Numbered from the stretch's first letter, positions 6,916 to 15,915 are shown. The stretch is DNA of 19,997 nucleotides from Acidobacteriota bacterium (GCA_039931335.1 JBDTSA010000002.1:1-19997); one strand, 5' to 3'. Notes: generated by a model not told the origin, from the letters alone. Numbers and translations are program-made.

Positions 6916-7178
6916 TCTCGGACCTGTCTCAAAAATGTTCCACCCGCTTAGGCAAAATTATTGATGCCCAGGCGTCTTATTCACGCGAGACAAGCAAAGG
7001 GTTAAAAATAGGCGTTGGTTTCCGCACGAAAGCAATGTAAGCGCCCGAAGATTTTAACGGGTTTTTTAGCGGACTCACTGTTTTCGGCTACTGTCGACGG
7101 CCCCAGCGGGCCGGAATGGTCGTTGGCCTGCATTCTAATTCAAACACGTAACCTTCAAGACTTAGGAGATTTCCCAAT

Positions 7179-8087
7179 ATGACTAGTTTAAAATCGACTC
7201 TCAAGATCATTGCTTTCTTTGTTTTTGTTTTTGCCTTCGCTTCGATAGCTCAGGCCCAGGCGACCCGTACGTGGGTATCGGGCGTTGGTGACGACGTCAA
7301 TCCATGCAGCCGCACTGCTCCTTGCAAGACCTTTGCCGGAGCTATTTCGAAGACGGCAACAAACGGCGAGATCAACTGCCTCGATCCGGGCGGCTACGGT
7401 GCCGTTACGGTCACCAAGTCAATCACGATCGACTGCGAAGATACGCAGGGCTCGATCCTCTCCGCCGGCACGAACGGAGTGATCGTGAACATCACGGCGG
7501 CGACAGACACTAAGAAGGCCTTCAAGCTGCGCGGCGTGAGCATTGACGGTGCCGGAACCGGCATCAACGGCATTCGCGTTCTTGCGGCGAATACTGTTCA
7601 TTTGGATGAAGTCGTAATAGACGGTGTGACGCAGCATGGTGTCTCGCTCGAGACGACCAGCGGAACGCCGAAAGTGTTCATTCAGGACACGCACATCCGA
7701 AGCGTTGCCGGTAATGCCGTCAACAGCTTTATCTCGGGCGGTTCGATGAAGATCGCTATCGGTGGAAGCCAGTTAGGAGCAGCCGGAATCGGCCTGAACC
7801 TCAGCAGCAACACAAGCGCGAGTGTCTCTGATTCGGAGATCAACGGCAACACGACCGGAGTACAGGCTTTTAACGCTTCGCTCGCTATCGTCCGCTGCAC
7901 GATCGCAAACAACACGACCGGCGTTATTTCGGGTACTGGCGGAAGCGTCCGACTCTTTAGCACCTTGGTGACACACAATGGCACCGGCTTGAGCTCGAGC
8001 GGCGGATCGATCGTTTCGCACGTCAGCAACGTATTTGCCGGTAACACGGTTGACGGAGCTCCGACGTCGACTCTCGTCCTGCAATAA
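7179..8087 (+). CDS. Secreted right-handed parallel beta-helix repeat protein, function unknown
   Basis: Signal peptide MTSLKSTLKIIAFFVFVFAFASIAQAQA. The mature N-terminus is TRTWVSGVGDDVNPCSRTAPCKTFAGAI, followed by Gly/Asn/Thr-rich roughly 22-aa periodic beta-helix-like repeats. An AGGAGA Shine-Dalgarno lies at 7163-7169. Confidence 0.7.
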   Translation: MTSLKSTLKIIAFFVFVFAFASIAQAQATRTWVSGVGDDVNPCSRTAPCKTFAGAISKTATNGEINCLDPGGYGAVTVTKSITIDCEDTQGSILSAGTNGVIVNITAATDTKKAFKLRGVSIDGAGTGINGIRVLAANTVHLDEVVIDGVTQHGVSLETTSGTPKVFIQDTHIRSVAGNAVNSFISGGSMKIAIGGSQLGAAGIGLNLSSNTSASVSDSEINGNTTGVQAFNASLAIVRCTIANNTTGVISGTGGSVRLFSTLVTHNGTGLSSSGGSIVSHVSNVFAGNTVDGAPTSTLVLQ

Positions 8088-8113
8088 CGGCAAACTTGAT
8101 TCCTCACATCCGG

Positions 8114-8148
8114 CCCGGTTTGGCATGTTGCCAAGCCGGGCTTTTTTT
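8114..8148 (+). terminator. Rho-independent terminator of the beta-helix gene
   Basis: CCCGGTTTGGCA-TGT-TGCCAAGCCGGG (12-bp stem with one G-T), then C and TTTTTTT. Confidence 0.75.
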
Positions 8149-8205
8149 CCCGGTCGCTCCCGCAACCCGCCTGAACTTTCGCTAATCTAACCCGCGCACG
8201 TTGTC

Positions 8206-8373
8206 ATGAAATACGTAGTCATCCCGCTATCCGCCCTCGGAGCCGTCGCGCCTTACACGCTGCGGAACTTTTTAAATTCTGTGATCGGACGCGCGGTGCT
8301 CCTGAGTTTACCTGTGGCGTTGTTCGTGGCCTGGTCGGCGAAACGTGATCGAGGTACGGGAGGCCCTGCCTAA
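8206..8373 (+). CDS. Candidate small hydrophobic protein (55 aa), unverified
   Basis: The ATG..TAA ORF encodes MKYVVIPLSALGAVAPYTLRNFLNSVIGRAVLLSLPVALFVAWSAKRDRGTGGPA. It has two hydrophobic segments and GC-rich third positions, but no clear Shine-Dalgarno. It falls below the ORF-track length cut-off. Confidence 0.25.
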   Translation: MKYVVIPLSALGAVAPYTLRNFLNSVIGRAVLLSLPVALFVAWSAKRDRGTGGPA

Positions 8374-9200
8374 AACGTAAACCAGTTGGTCGGTTCCTTA
8401 TGGCTCGCCAACGTGATCTTCGTCTGCGATTGAAATAGAGGCGCGCGCATTCTAAGAGCGGTTTGGGCTGTCAATAGCGCTAGATGTGGCTCGTTAGCGC
8501 GTTGAGAAAGGTGAGCGAGGATGATCTGCGAAGCAGAGCCGTCGTAGTCATTCGTCAGCCAGTCGGCGAGGTCTTCGTTCGAAAGATGGCCGGTCCGCGA
8601 CGCGATCCGCTGCTTCAGGCTCCAGGTATAAACCGGGCATAAGCGGAGCATGTCGCGGCTGTGATTCGACTCTATTACGATCGCGTCGCATCCGTCCAGT
8701 TTTTGTTTCATGAACTCGGTGAAGCATCCGAAATCGGTTAGCGTGGCCAACTTGACGCCGGCATGGTTTGCGATGAAGCCGAAGTTGTCGACGGCGTCAT
8801 GGGGGACACTGAACGGTTCAAAGTCGATGTCTCCGATGCGGAATTCCTCGCTCGATTCAATCTTCACCGTGCGATCCTTTAAAGCATCTCGTCGCTTGAT
8901 CGCCTCGCTGTCGCCCGTCACGCCGCCCGCCCGGGTCCAGTAGTAAGCATCTTCAGTGACCATCGACACAAAGACAGGGCAGCAAACTGACCGCAGAAGT
9001 GCACGCAGGCCGCCAACGTGGTCGCTATGTTCGTGCGTGATGACGATGCCGTCCAGATCGGCGCAATCGACTCCGACGATCGCCAGCCGGCGGACTATCT
9101 CACGTGCGCTCAGGCCCGCGTCGATGAGGACGTTTGTTGTCTCGGTGGAAATGAGGACGGCGTTGCCCGTTGAGCCGCTGCCGAGTACGGTGAACTTCAT
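8370..9200 (-). CDS. MBL-fold metallo-hydrolase (YycJ/PhnP-like)
   Basis: The translation MKFTVLGSGSTGNAVLIS...VLIDAG...ITHEHSDHVGGL carries the HxHxDH motif. Its start overlaps the SDR stop (ATGA at 9197-9200). Confidence 0.85.
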   Translation of the reverse strand: MKFTVLGSGSTGNAVLISTETTNVLIDAGLSAREIVRRLAIVGVDCADLDGIVITHEHSDHVGGLRALLRSVCCPVFVSMVTEDAYYWTRAGGVTGDSEAIKRRDALKDRTVKIESSEEFRIGDIDFEPFSVPHDAVDNFGFIANHAGVKLATLTDFGCFTEFMKQKLDGCDAIVIESNHSRDMLRLCPVYTWSLKQRIASRTGHLSNEDLADWLTNDYDGSASQIILAHLSQRANEPHLALLTAQTALRMRAPLFQSQTKITLASHKEPTNWFTF

Positions 9201-9985
9201 ACGTCTTTATTCTGATGCCTCGGCCGAAATGCCTTTGCCATAACGCGAGACGAGATCGAATTCGGGACAAGCGTGCCGGCGATCGAGCCTATATAGTTTG
9301 CCCAGCCGGATACTACTTTGGTTTTATTGTGGGCGACCGCTTTCATTGCGGTTTCAACGACGTCTTCGACTGTCTGCTGCCCCTTCACCTGGATCGGCCG
9401 CTCGATCTTAGACGCCGCGAAGAAATTAGTTTTCGTCGAGCCAGGACACAGCGCGAGGATCTTGATGCCGAACGGCCGGTTCTCTTCAGCGATCGCTTCG
9501 GTGAACGATGATACGAACGCTTTGCTCGCGGCATATGTGGCCATGAACGGAATGGGTTGAAATCCCGCTGCAGACGAGACGTTGATAATCGTCCCATGCC
9601 TTGCAGCTCGCATCTTTTGCAGATAACGATGAGTAAGCGCGACGAGCGCTGAAATATTCAGATCGATGATCTCAAGCTCTCTTTCAAGATCGAGCTCGGC
9701 AAAATCGTCAGACGATCCGAACCCCGCATTATTTATCAACCAGTCGATCTCAAACCCGTTCTTCTCGGTTTCTTCGAACAGCTCAAGGTCGGCCTCAAAC
9801 TCAAGCAGGTCGATCGCAAAATATTTGCACGCGACCTGATGCTTTGCCGCGAGCTCGTCGCACAATGCCCTGAGCTTTTCTTCGGAGCGCGCAACCAGGA
9901 CGAGGTTGTGTTTCTCCGAAGCGAGCCGTCTTGCAAATGCTTCGCCGATGCCGCTTGATGCGCCTGTTATGAGGGTGTATTTCAT
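9197..9985 (-). CDS. SDR-family oxidoreductase
   Basis: I start it at MKYTLITGASSGIGEAFARRL (TGxxxGxG). NNAG and YAASK (YxxxK) motifs are present. The start ATG at 9985 overlaps the upstream gene's stop (ATGA at 9982-9985). The track's longer ORF to 10135 overlaps that upstream gene. Confidence 0.85.
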   Translation of the reverse strand: MKYTLITGASSGIGEAFARRLASEKHNLVLVARSEEKLRALCDELAAKHQVACKYFAIDLLEFEADLELFEETEKNGFEIDWLINNAGFGSSDDFAELDLERELEIIDLNISALVALTHRYLQKMRAARHGTIINVSSAAGFQPIPFMATYAASKAFVSSFTEAIAEENRPFGIKILALCPGSTKTNFFAASKIERPIQVKGQQTVEDVVETAMKAVAHNKTKVVSGWANYIGSIAGTLVPNSISSRVMAKAFRPRHQNKDV

Positions 9986-10503
9986 AATTCTTCCGCGGCT
10001 GTGGTCGGATACAGCGAGTAATATATCGAGGAAATACCTGCAACGATAATAACTATCGTACCAATTGCGCGGATAATGCCCGCGATGAGTTTTGTCGAGC
10101 CGATGAGGCCGGTCCGCGTCAGGAGATAATTCCAATCGTGGAAGCTCCCTTCGGTGCCGGTGAAACCGCTCGTCAACACGAGCTGCATAACGACCGCATC
10201 AGACGCATAGACCCAGACGTTCAGAATGCTCTGGCCGACCCAGAACAAAACGATCGCAGCCGAATAATATTGCAGCCGCCATACAAAGTAGCCGACGAAA
10301 ATTGCGGGTAGAATAACCTGAAAAAGCGAACCACCCGCGATGGTTGAAAATTCGCCGAACAGCCGGAAGACCAAATGCCCGGTCTCATGGATCGGAAGAT
10401 CCACAAGGTCAAGAAAACTACCCTGCATGGGATCGTAAGCGATCCATAGAAAGTAGATCGTCAGTACGCCCGCGAAGATGAGCTTTGGAAAATTGAGCTG
10501 CAT
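9982..10503 (-). CDS. Polytopic membrane protein with HExxH motif (putative membrane zinc metallopeptidase, M50B/DUF3267-like)
   Basis: 173 aa with about 5 hydrophobic helices. HETGH is encoded at 10375-10389 (CAT GAG ACC GGG CAT on the minus strand). The family assignment is from memory of HExxH membrane families and is not verified. Confidence 0.6.
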   Translation of the reverse strand: MQLNFPKLIFAGVLTIYFLWIAYDPMQGSFLDLVDLPIHETGHLVFRLFGEFSTIAGGSLFQVILPAIFVGYFVWRLQYYSAAIVLFWVGQSILNVWVYASDAVVMQLVLTSGFTGTEGSFHDWNYLLTRTGLIGSTKLIAGIIRAIGTIVIIVAGISSIYYSLYPTTAAEEL

Positions 10504-10512
10504 CCGTAAAGG

Positions 10513-11379
10513 TCAAAGAAGCTTATTCTTGACCGCAAAGGCTCTAACCTGATCATTGAACTCCACCGGCTTTTCCATAAAAAGGAAATGACTGACTCCG
10601 GTCCACATCTGGAAATCGATATCGGGCGCGATCGACGTAAAAATCTCTTTGACGTCGGCGGCCCAAAAAGGTGACGGCGCCATTAGGGCCAATACCGGAA
10701 CGTTGACCTTATCGTCTTTCCAGATCCTTTCATCATTCATGCCCTCCATTGCGCTGATCGCAACATAGTCCGGTGTGGATAGCATTGCTTCGCGGATGAA
10801 CTGCCTTCGGCTGGCGTCCTTCATAGAGGTCAGCATGCCGTCGATGAATTGCGTCGAGCTCGCCCTGTAGTTCGCCTTCATCTTGCCGATAAACTGGTCG
10901 CCGGCGGCTTTCGAAACAAAGGTGCGCAGAGCCCCGTCCACGATCACGATACCCAGAGTCTTTGAAGGATACAGACGGTAAAACTCGCGAGCGACAGGCG
11001 TTCCCATGCTGTGACCGACGAGCACCGCCCTCTTTACACCCGCGTCCTTCATCACGGCGTCCACCGACCGCGCGAAATAGTCCATCGAATAATTGACCTT
11101 CGGTTTGTCGCTCTGCCCATGTCCCGGCAGATCGAGGGCAATGACGCGATAGTTGGGAAACGCGTTATAGCTGTCCTTCCAGAAATCTGCGTTGCACGTC
11201 CAGCCATGGATCAGCACAAGCGCATTTTTCGCTTTTGTGTTACCAGTGTCGTAGTAATGGATCTTGTTACCGTCTAACTTTGTCCAATTACTTTTGGGTT
11301 TTGCGTCCATTTGTGCCATCACCGAGGCGACCGTCGTAAAAACCAAGAGAAGTATCAATATCGATTCTCTAAACTGCAT
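10513..11379 (-). CDS. Secreted alpha/beta-fold hydrolase
   Basis: Signal peptide MQFRESILILLLVFTTVASVMAQ. It also has an HGW oxyanion region (LVLIHGWTCN) and the nucleophile elbow GHSMG. Confidence 0.85.
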   Translation of the reverse strand: MQFRESILILLLVFTTVASVMAQMDAKPKSNWTKLDGNKIHYYDTGNTKAKNALVLIHGWTCNADFWKDSYNAFPNYRVIALDLPGHGQSDKPKVNYSMDYFARSVDAVMKDAGVKRAVLVGHSMGTPVAREFYRLYPSKTLGIVIVDGALRTFVSKAAGDQFIGKMKANYRASSTQFIDGMLTSMKDASRRQFIREAMLSTPDYVAISAMEGMNDERIWKDDKVNVPVLALMAPSPFWAADVKEIFTSIAPDIDFQMWTGVSHFLFMEKPVEFNDQVRAFAVKNKLL

Positions 11380-11956
11380 AACTACCTCCGTTTAGAAACT
11401 CATCTTTCGAGATTGCGTAGAAGGCACATTCGTCGCCATAGTGAACCTCGGACTTTTCGTAAACCATGCCGAGCTTTTCCATGATGTGTCTCGACGCCCA
11501 GTTGCCGGTATGCGCGACCGCGACTATCCGATCGAGCCCGGCGTTCCGAAAACCATGATCGAGCCACGCTCTTGCCGCTTCGGTTCCGATGCCCATTCCC
11601 CAGAACTCTTTTATCATGCTGTAGCCGACTTCGATCTCATCCGTTGAGTCAAGCGGCTGCAGCCCCGCGGAGCCGATCATCTCGCCGGTCGGGCGCCAGA
11701 TCATCGCACACATGCCGAAGCCATGCGATTCGTAGCACGACATATAAAACCGAATCCTCTTAGCGAGTGCTTCGGGATTCTGCAGCTTCGCTCCGCCGAG
11801 AAATTTACTGACGTCCGGATCCGAGCGCTGCTCGATCAACACCGGAAGGTCATCGAGTGTAAATTCGCGGAATATCAATCTCTCGGATTCGACCATAGCG
11901 CGTGACCCAAATGTCATGAGATGGGTGGCTTTCTGCTTATGTTTGGTAATGAACAA
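11369..11956 (-). CDS. GNAT-family N-acetyltransferase (RimJ/RimL-like)
   Basis: The translation ERLIFREFTLDDLPVL...GFGMCAMI...IGSAGL...EVGYSMIKEFWGMGIGTEAARAWLDHGF is typical of Acetyltransf_3. The start is ambiguous among ATG 11956, 11917 and 11896. The 3' end overlaps the next gene's start by 11 nt. Confidence 0.8.
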   Translation of the reverse strand: MFITKHKQKATHLMTFGSRAMVESERLIFREFTLDDLPVLIEQRSDPDVSKFLGGAKLQNPEALAKRIRFYMSCYESHGFGMCAMIWRPTGEMIGSAGLQPLDSTDEIEVGYSMIKEFWGMGIGTEAARAWLDHGFRNAGLDRIVAVAHTGNWASRHIMEKLGMVYEKSEVHYGDECAFYAISKDEFLNGGSYAV

Positions 11957-12106
11957 GCGAACGACACTAAGGTTATCACGGAGTCTCGACTTGAGGACAA
12001 AGCGGATCGAACGCGGGAAGATCAGTACACTCGATCGTCTTTTTGACCGACAAATGTCTCACGCACCTTCGACCTCCGCGCCTCGTGGGCAACTCGTGAT
12101 ATTCGT

Positions 12107-12748
12107 CTATGGATATAAACGGAAGATATTCCAACGGCCGTCCGTGAGCTCATAACAAATACGGTCATGGAGGCGGCTCCGGCGGCCCTGCCAAAATTCG
12201 AATCGCGACGGAACGATCCGGAACCCGCCCCAGAATTCCGGGCACGGAATATCGCCGTCATCGAATCGTTTCTTTATCGACTCAAAATCCTCTTCCAGCT
12301 TCGATCGACCAGCTAACTCAGTGCTCTGCTTTGAAGCCCAGGCACCTAACTTGCTCGCCTCCGGCCTTGATGCGAAATAGGCTTCTGACTCCTCCCGCGA
12401 AGTCTTTTCCGCAATGCCACGGACATGCACCTGACGTTCCAGCTCCGGCCAAAAGAATGTCACCGCAACGCGAGCTTCGTCCGCGATATCGCGGGCCTTC
12501 TTGCTTGTGTAGTTCGTGAAGAATACGAGGCCGTGCTCGTCGAAACCTTTCAATAAGACGACGCGTGATGACGGAGCTCCGCCTATCGCGACGGTCGAGA
12601 GCACGAACGCGTTCGGCTCGGGCGGTTGCGAGGCGAGGTACTCGTCAAACCAGTTCGCAAACTGCACGAACGGATCAGCCGAGACCGCATCCTCTGACAG
12701 TTCTTGCAGTGAATAATCGCGTCTCAGATCAGCGAGGGTCTTGTCCAT
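12107..12748 (-). CDS. pdxH: Pyridoxamine 5'-phosphate oxidase
   Basis: 213 aa containing DPFVQFANWFDE, VVLLKGFDEHGLVFFTNYTSKKA, QVHVRG and the C-terminal RFEFWQGRRSRLHDRICY...RLYP signature. Confidence 0.9.
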   Translation of the reverse strand: MDKTLADLRRDYSLQELSEDAVSADPFVQFANWFDEYLASQPPEPNAFVLSTVAIGGAPSSRVVLLKGFDEHGLVFFTNYTSKKARDIADEARVAVTFFWPELERQVHVRGIAEKTSREESEAYFASRPEASKLGAWASKQSTELAGRSKLEEDFESIKKRFDDGDIPCPEFWGGFRIVPSRFEFWQGRRSRLHDRICYELTDGRWNIFRLYP

Positions 12749-12756
12749 TTAGCTTC

Positions 12757-13983
12757 TCAGATCAGATGGACGAAAAGGCCGTCCTTCAGTTTTGGTTCGA
12801 ACCACGTCGATTTTGGCGGCATGATCTCGCCCATATCCGAGACGGCGAACAAGTCATGCATGGTCGTCGGGAAAAGCGAGAATGCTACTCGAGCCGATCC
12901 TTCATCGACAAGTCGCTCGAGTTCCCCCACGCCTCGGATACCGCCGACAAACTCGATCCTTTCATCTGTTGTCGGATCCGCAATGCCGAGGATCGGGCCG
13001 AGAACATAGTTTTGGAGAATGCTCACATCGAGCCTCTCGATCGGATCAGGTGCGCGAATATAGTCGACCGCAAATCTTAGCGTCCGCCATTTGCCATCAA
13101 GATAAACGCAAATCTCACCATGGTTTTCCGGAGCTCGCTTTCCGTCATCGATAACGACGAAATTCTCCTGAACGCGGGTCAGAAACTCTCCCGCGTCCAT
13201 ATCGTTAAGATCGTGGACGACACGATTGTACGCGAGGATCCTAAGGTCCTCAGCCGGAAAAACGCCGGCGAGTACAAAGTTATATTCTTCGTTTCCGGTG
13301 TGCGACAGATTTGCCTGCTGCAGTTGTTTGCGGGCGAGACTCGCACTCTCCAATCGATGATGGCCGTCCGCGACATACAGCGCCGAAACTTCGGAGAATG
13401 CATCGATCAGCTCTTCCGTGTCCTGCATTTTCCAGACAGTCTGGCGAATCGCCCCCTCGCATGGAAAATCGTAGAGCGGTTCATTACGCGTCACATCGCG
13501 GATCAACTCATCGATCCGTTCAGTCTCGCGAAAGGCGATCAAAATGAGACCGGTCTGTGCGCGGACGGCGAGCATGTGCCCCGTCCTGTCCTCAACCTTA
13601 TCGGGCCGGGTCTTTTCGTGCTTCTTGATAACGCCATTCTCGTAATCGTCGATAGCCAGACAGCCAACGACTCCGGTCTGCGTATGTCCGTTGCTCGATA
13701 GTCGATAGACGTAGAATGCAGGTTCGGGATCGGCTATGAAAACGTCGCGATCGAGAAACTGCTGCAGGTTCGCTTTCGCGCGGTCAAGAACATGCTCGGT
13801 AGCCGGTGCGCTGTCGCCGTTAAATTCAGCCTCAGCCCGCGTCACGCGCAAAAAACTCTCCGGATTGTCTTCGATAAAGTCGCGCACCTCACCTTCGTGT
13901 GCGACATCGTAAGGAACGCAGGACACCTGACTGGCTTTTTCTACGACGGGCCGAACTGCCCGGAAAGGTCGAATTATCGACAC
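12757..13983 (-). CDS. DUF1015 domain-containing protein
   Basis: 408 aa. The N-terminus MSIIRPFRAVRPVVEKASQVSCVPYDV and the internal ADGHHR motif match my recollection of the DUF1015 family. Confidence 0.75.
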   Translation of the reverse strand: MSIIRPFRAVRPVVEKASQVSCVPYDVAHEGEVRDFIEDNPESFLRVTRAEAEFNGDSAPATEHVLDRAKANLQQFLDRDVFIADPEPAFYVYRLSSNGHTQTGVVGCLAIDDYENGVIKKHEKTRPDKVEDRTGHMLAVRAQTGLILIAFRETERIDELIRDVTRNEPLYDFPCEGAIRQTVWKMQDTEELIDAFSEVSALYVADGHHRLESASLARKQLQQANLSHTGNEEYNFVLAGVFPAEDLRILAYNRVVHDLNDMDAGEFLTRVQENFVVIDDGKRAPENHGEICVYLDGKWRTLRFAVDYIRAPDPIERLDVSILQNYVLGPILGIADPTTDERIEFVGGIRGVGELERLVDEGSARVAFSLFPTTMHDLFAVSDMGEIMPPKSTWFEPKLKDGLFVHLI

Positions 13984-14038
13984 GTAATACTCCTGAATTA
14001 TCTGAAAACTAGTGAACAGGCGAGTTCTGCGAAATGGA

Positions 14039-14509
14039 TCATAACGATGGCTGCTTTCCCTGATTGATAATGTCGTCCATCTGTTGATTATTATGCTCGA
14101 AGTCCTCCATCAGATTGTCGGCGTATCCTTTCTTGTCGATCTTCCACTCTTCGTCCTCACGAACGAAGGGAACGGTTTCCCATGATCCAAAAGAGTTTTT
14201 TACTTCCAGGGTGGCTTTCTCGCCGTCGATCTTCTGATTGCGGAATTCGACCGTCTTCTGGCCCTCGGCGAACAAGGTTTCGCGCCTCACGATGTCGTCC
14301 AGCGTCACGTTCTGTGCCTTTGCTTCCTGCTCGTGCATCTTTATGCTCTCGGCCGATAGAAGCAACTTCATCTTTGTCGTGTCCTTTTGTTTTACAGCTG
14401 TGATGTACGCCTTGAATGACTCAATCGGGGTGTCAGGCTTCGACTCGCTTGCACACGAAACAGCGAAGAGCGTGGTTAGGAAAAGGCAACTTAGAGACAG
14501 AAAGCGCAT
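14039..14509 (-). CDS. Lipoprotein, function unknown (DUF4878/NTF2-like guess)
   Basis: MRFLSLSCLFLTTLFAVSCASE is a signal peptide with a lipobox Cys. The rest is a small, charged, soluble domain. The family guess is weak. Confidence 0.6.
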   Translation of the reverse strand: MRFLSLSCLFLTTLFAVSCASESKPDTPIESFKAYITAVKQKDTTKMKLLLSAESIKMHEQEAKAQNVTLDDIVRRETLFAEGQKTVEFRNQKIDGEKATLEVKNSFGSWETVPFVREDEEWKIDKKGYADNLMEDFEHNNQQMDDIINQGKQPSL

Positions 14510-14587
14510 GGTTCGACACTTTGCAATTTGCGTTAGCTACGCGTTAAAACAGAAAGTATATCCTAATGAAAGGAGCGTGAGAAACAA

Positions 14588-14887
14588 GTGGAACGCAAAA
14601 AAATGACGGGTGCCGAGGTTGAAAGGGGCCCCGCTTCGACCAGCGGTTGGCGGTTTGAGAACGATGGTTTGTTCAAACGATTTGAGTTCGCAAATTTTGC
14701 CGAGAGCCTTGCTTTTGTGAATCAGGTCGGCCAGATCGCCGAGGCAGCGGACCATCATCCGGACATTACGTTCGGCTGGGGCTACGCCGAAGTTCGAACG
14801 ACCACTCACGATCGGGGCGGCGTGACCGACGTCGATCTCGCGCTCGTGAAAGAAGTAGATGCGATGAATCGGCCGGGCGGATCCTAA
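14588..14887 (+). CDS. 4a-hydroxytetrahydrobiopterin (pterin-4a-carbinolamine) dehydratase
   Basis: The translation GWRFENDGLFKRFEFANFAESLAFVNQVGQIAEAADHHPDITFGWGYAEVRTTTHDRGGVTDVDLAL is a PCD signature. GTG 14588 lies 12 nt after AGGAG (14571-14575). ATG 14603 is an alternative start. Confidence 0.85.
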   Translation: MERKKMTGAEVERGPASTSGWRFENDGLFKRFEFANFAESLAFVNQVGQIAEAADHHPDITFGWGYAEVRTTTHDRGGVTDVDLALVKEVDAMNRPGGS

Positions 14888-15915
14888 TTTACTTCGGAGC
14901 AATTGATAGGCAGATCTTTCTGCAGCGTTATCTCGGCTTCGCCGAACTTCGATTGCATGAAATCGAAATTCTCGACCACCTCTGCAACACCATACATACA
15001 CGGTTCGCCCTGGCGATACGTGAATGTCGCAAACACTTTTCGGCTCTTCGCCATTGCCATCCCGAACGAGCTGAACTCCTGCCAGTCATCGCCGGAAAAA
15101 TAGAGCCGCTCCGGCTTGATGTTCTCGGCCGCAAGTTTCTCAGTTATCCGAAGCCGCAAATTCTCGTTAAAGAAATTACCGGCGATCGGCATCTTAGTGA
15201 GGTCCGACGTTCCGCGCAGAGTTATCGAAACGTAATCAGCGTCCATCTTCTTATACTTCACAGGGCCGCCGGCGAAATCAAGTGTGACAGGAACGGTTGC
15301 AAGATTCGCGGTCAACGGCCGCGGCATCGTTACGGTGTTCGTCAGGCGAAACTCGCTATTCCAAACTCCAGTCTTGGCTGCTCCCGACGTCATCAGGAAA
15401 ACCGGTATCGATTTGTTTCGCCCGAATATTCCCGGTGCCAGATTGATCTTGAGCTCGGTCGCCGCGAGATCTTCCTTATTGAATTGGATCGAGTATTGGT
15501 TCTGCGCGGTGACGTCACCGCGGGGGCCGATGTCCGCAAAAAGCGTGTATCGAAGCCGCTCGGGATCGTCCGGGTGGCGTGTCGTCAGCACATAATCTCC
15601 GAGCTTGCTCTTGAATTTTATATACAGCCAAAGCGGCTCGCCATCGACGATCTTTCTGACTTCGGCGAGTTTTGCTTCGGCGAAAGTTTTGTAGTCGGCC
15701 TTGCTCAGAACGAGCTGGACATCGACGTTCATCACGGCCGGCTTGGGCACCGGCAGTGTCCCAGACTCAGCAAGCCGGCGGTCGTGTTCCCGATCTTCAG
15801 ACGCCTTAACGGACTGCTCGACACGCCTTTTGAAGCGCTCCGACTGCGGAAAGACCTGTGAAAAAACGCTGATCGAGCTGACCAAGAGAATGCTGATGAT
15901 AAGTAAAATTCTCAA
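14884..15915 (-). CDS. Secreted protein of unknown function
   Basis: The ORF is open to TTG 15948. I prefer TTG 15915, which is preceded by GAGG and gives M-RILLIISILLVSSISVFSQ as a clean signal peptide. I recognise no motif. The 302-aa antisense ORF is Arg/Leu-rich junk. Confidence 0.6.
   Translation of the reverse strand: MRILLIISILLVSSISVFSQVFPQSERFKRRVEQSVKASEDREHDRRLAESGTLPVPKPAVMNVDVQLVLSKADYKTFAEAKLAEVRKIVDGEPLWLYIKFKSKLGDYVLTTRHPDDPERLRYTLFADIGPRGDVTAQNQYSIQFNKEDLAATELKINLAPGIFGRNKSIPVFLMTSGAAKTGVWNSEFRLTNTVTMPRPLTANLATVPVTLDFAGGPVKYKKMDADYVSITLRGTSDLTKMPIAGNFFNENLRLRITEKLAAENIKPERLYFSGDDWQEFSSFGMAMAKSRKVFATFTYRQGEPCMYGVAEVVENFDFMQSKFGEAEITLQKDLPINCSEVN

Noticed and set aside
11972-12000. 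A minus-strand promoter for the GNAT gene might be present: TTGTCC-17-GATAAC.
   Set aside because: The match is only 4/6 in each hexamer, and the gene may be co-transcribed with pdxH. That is too weak to list as a feature.
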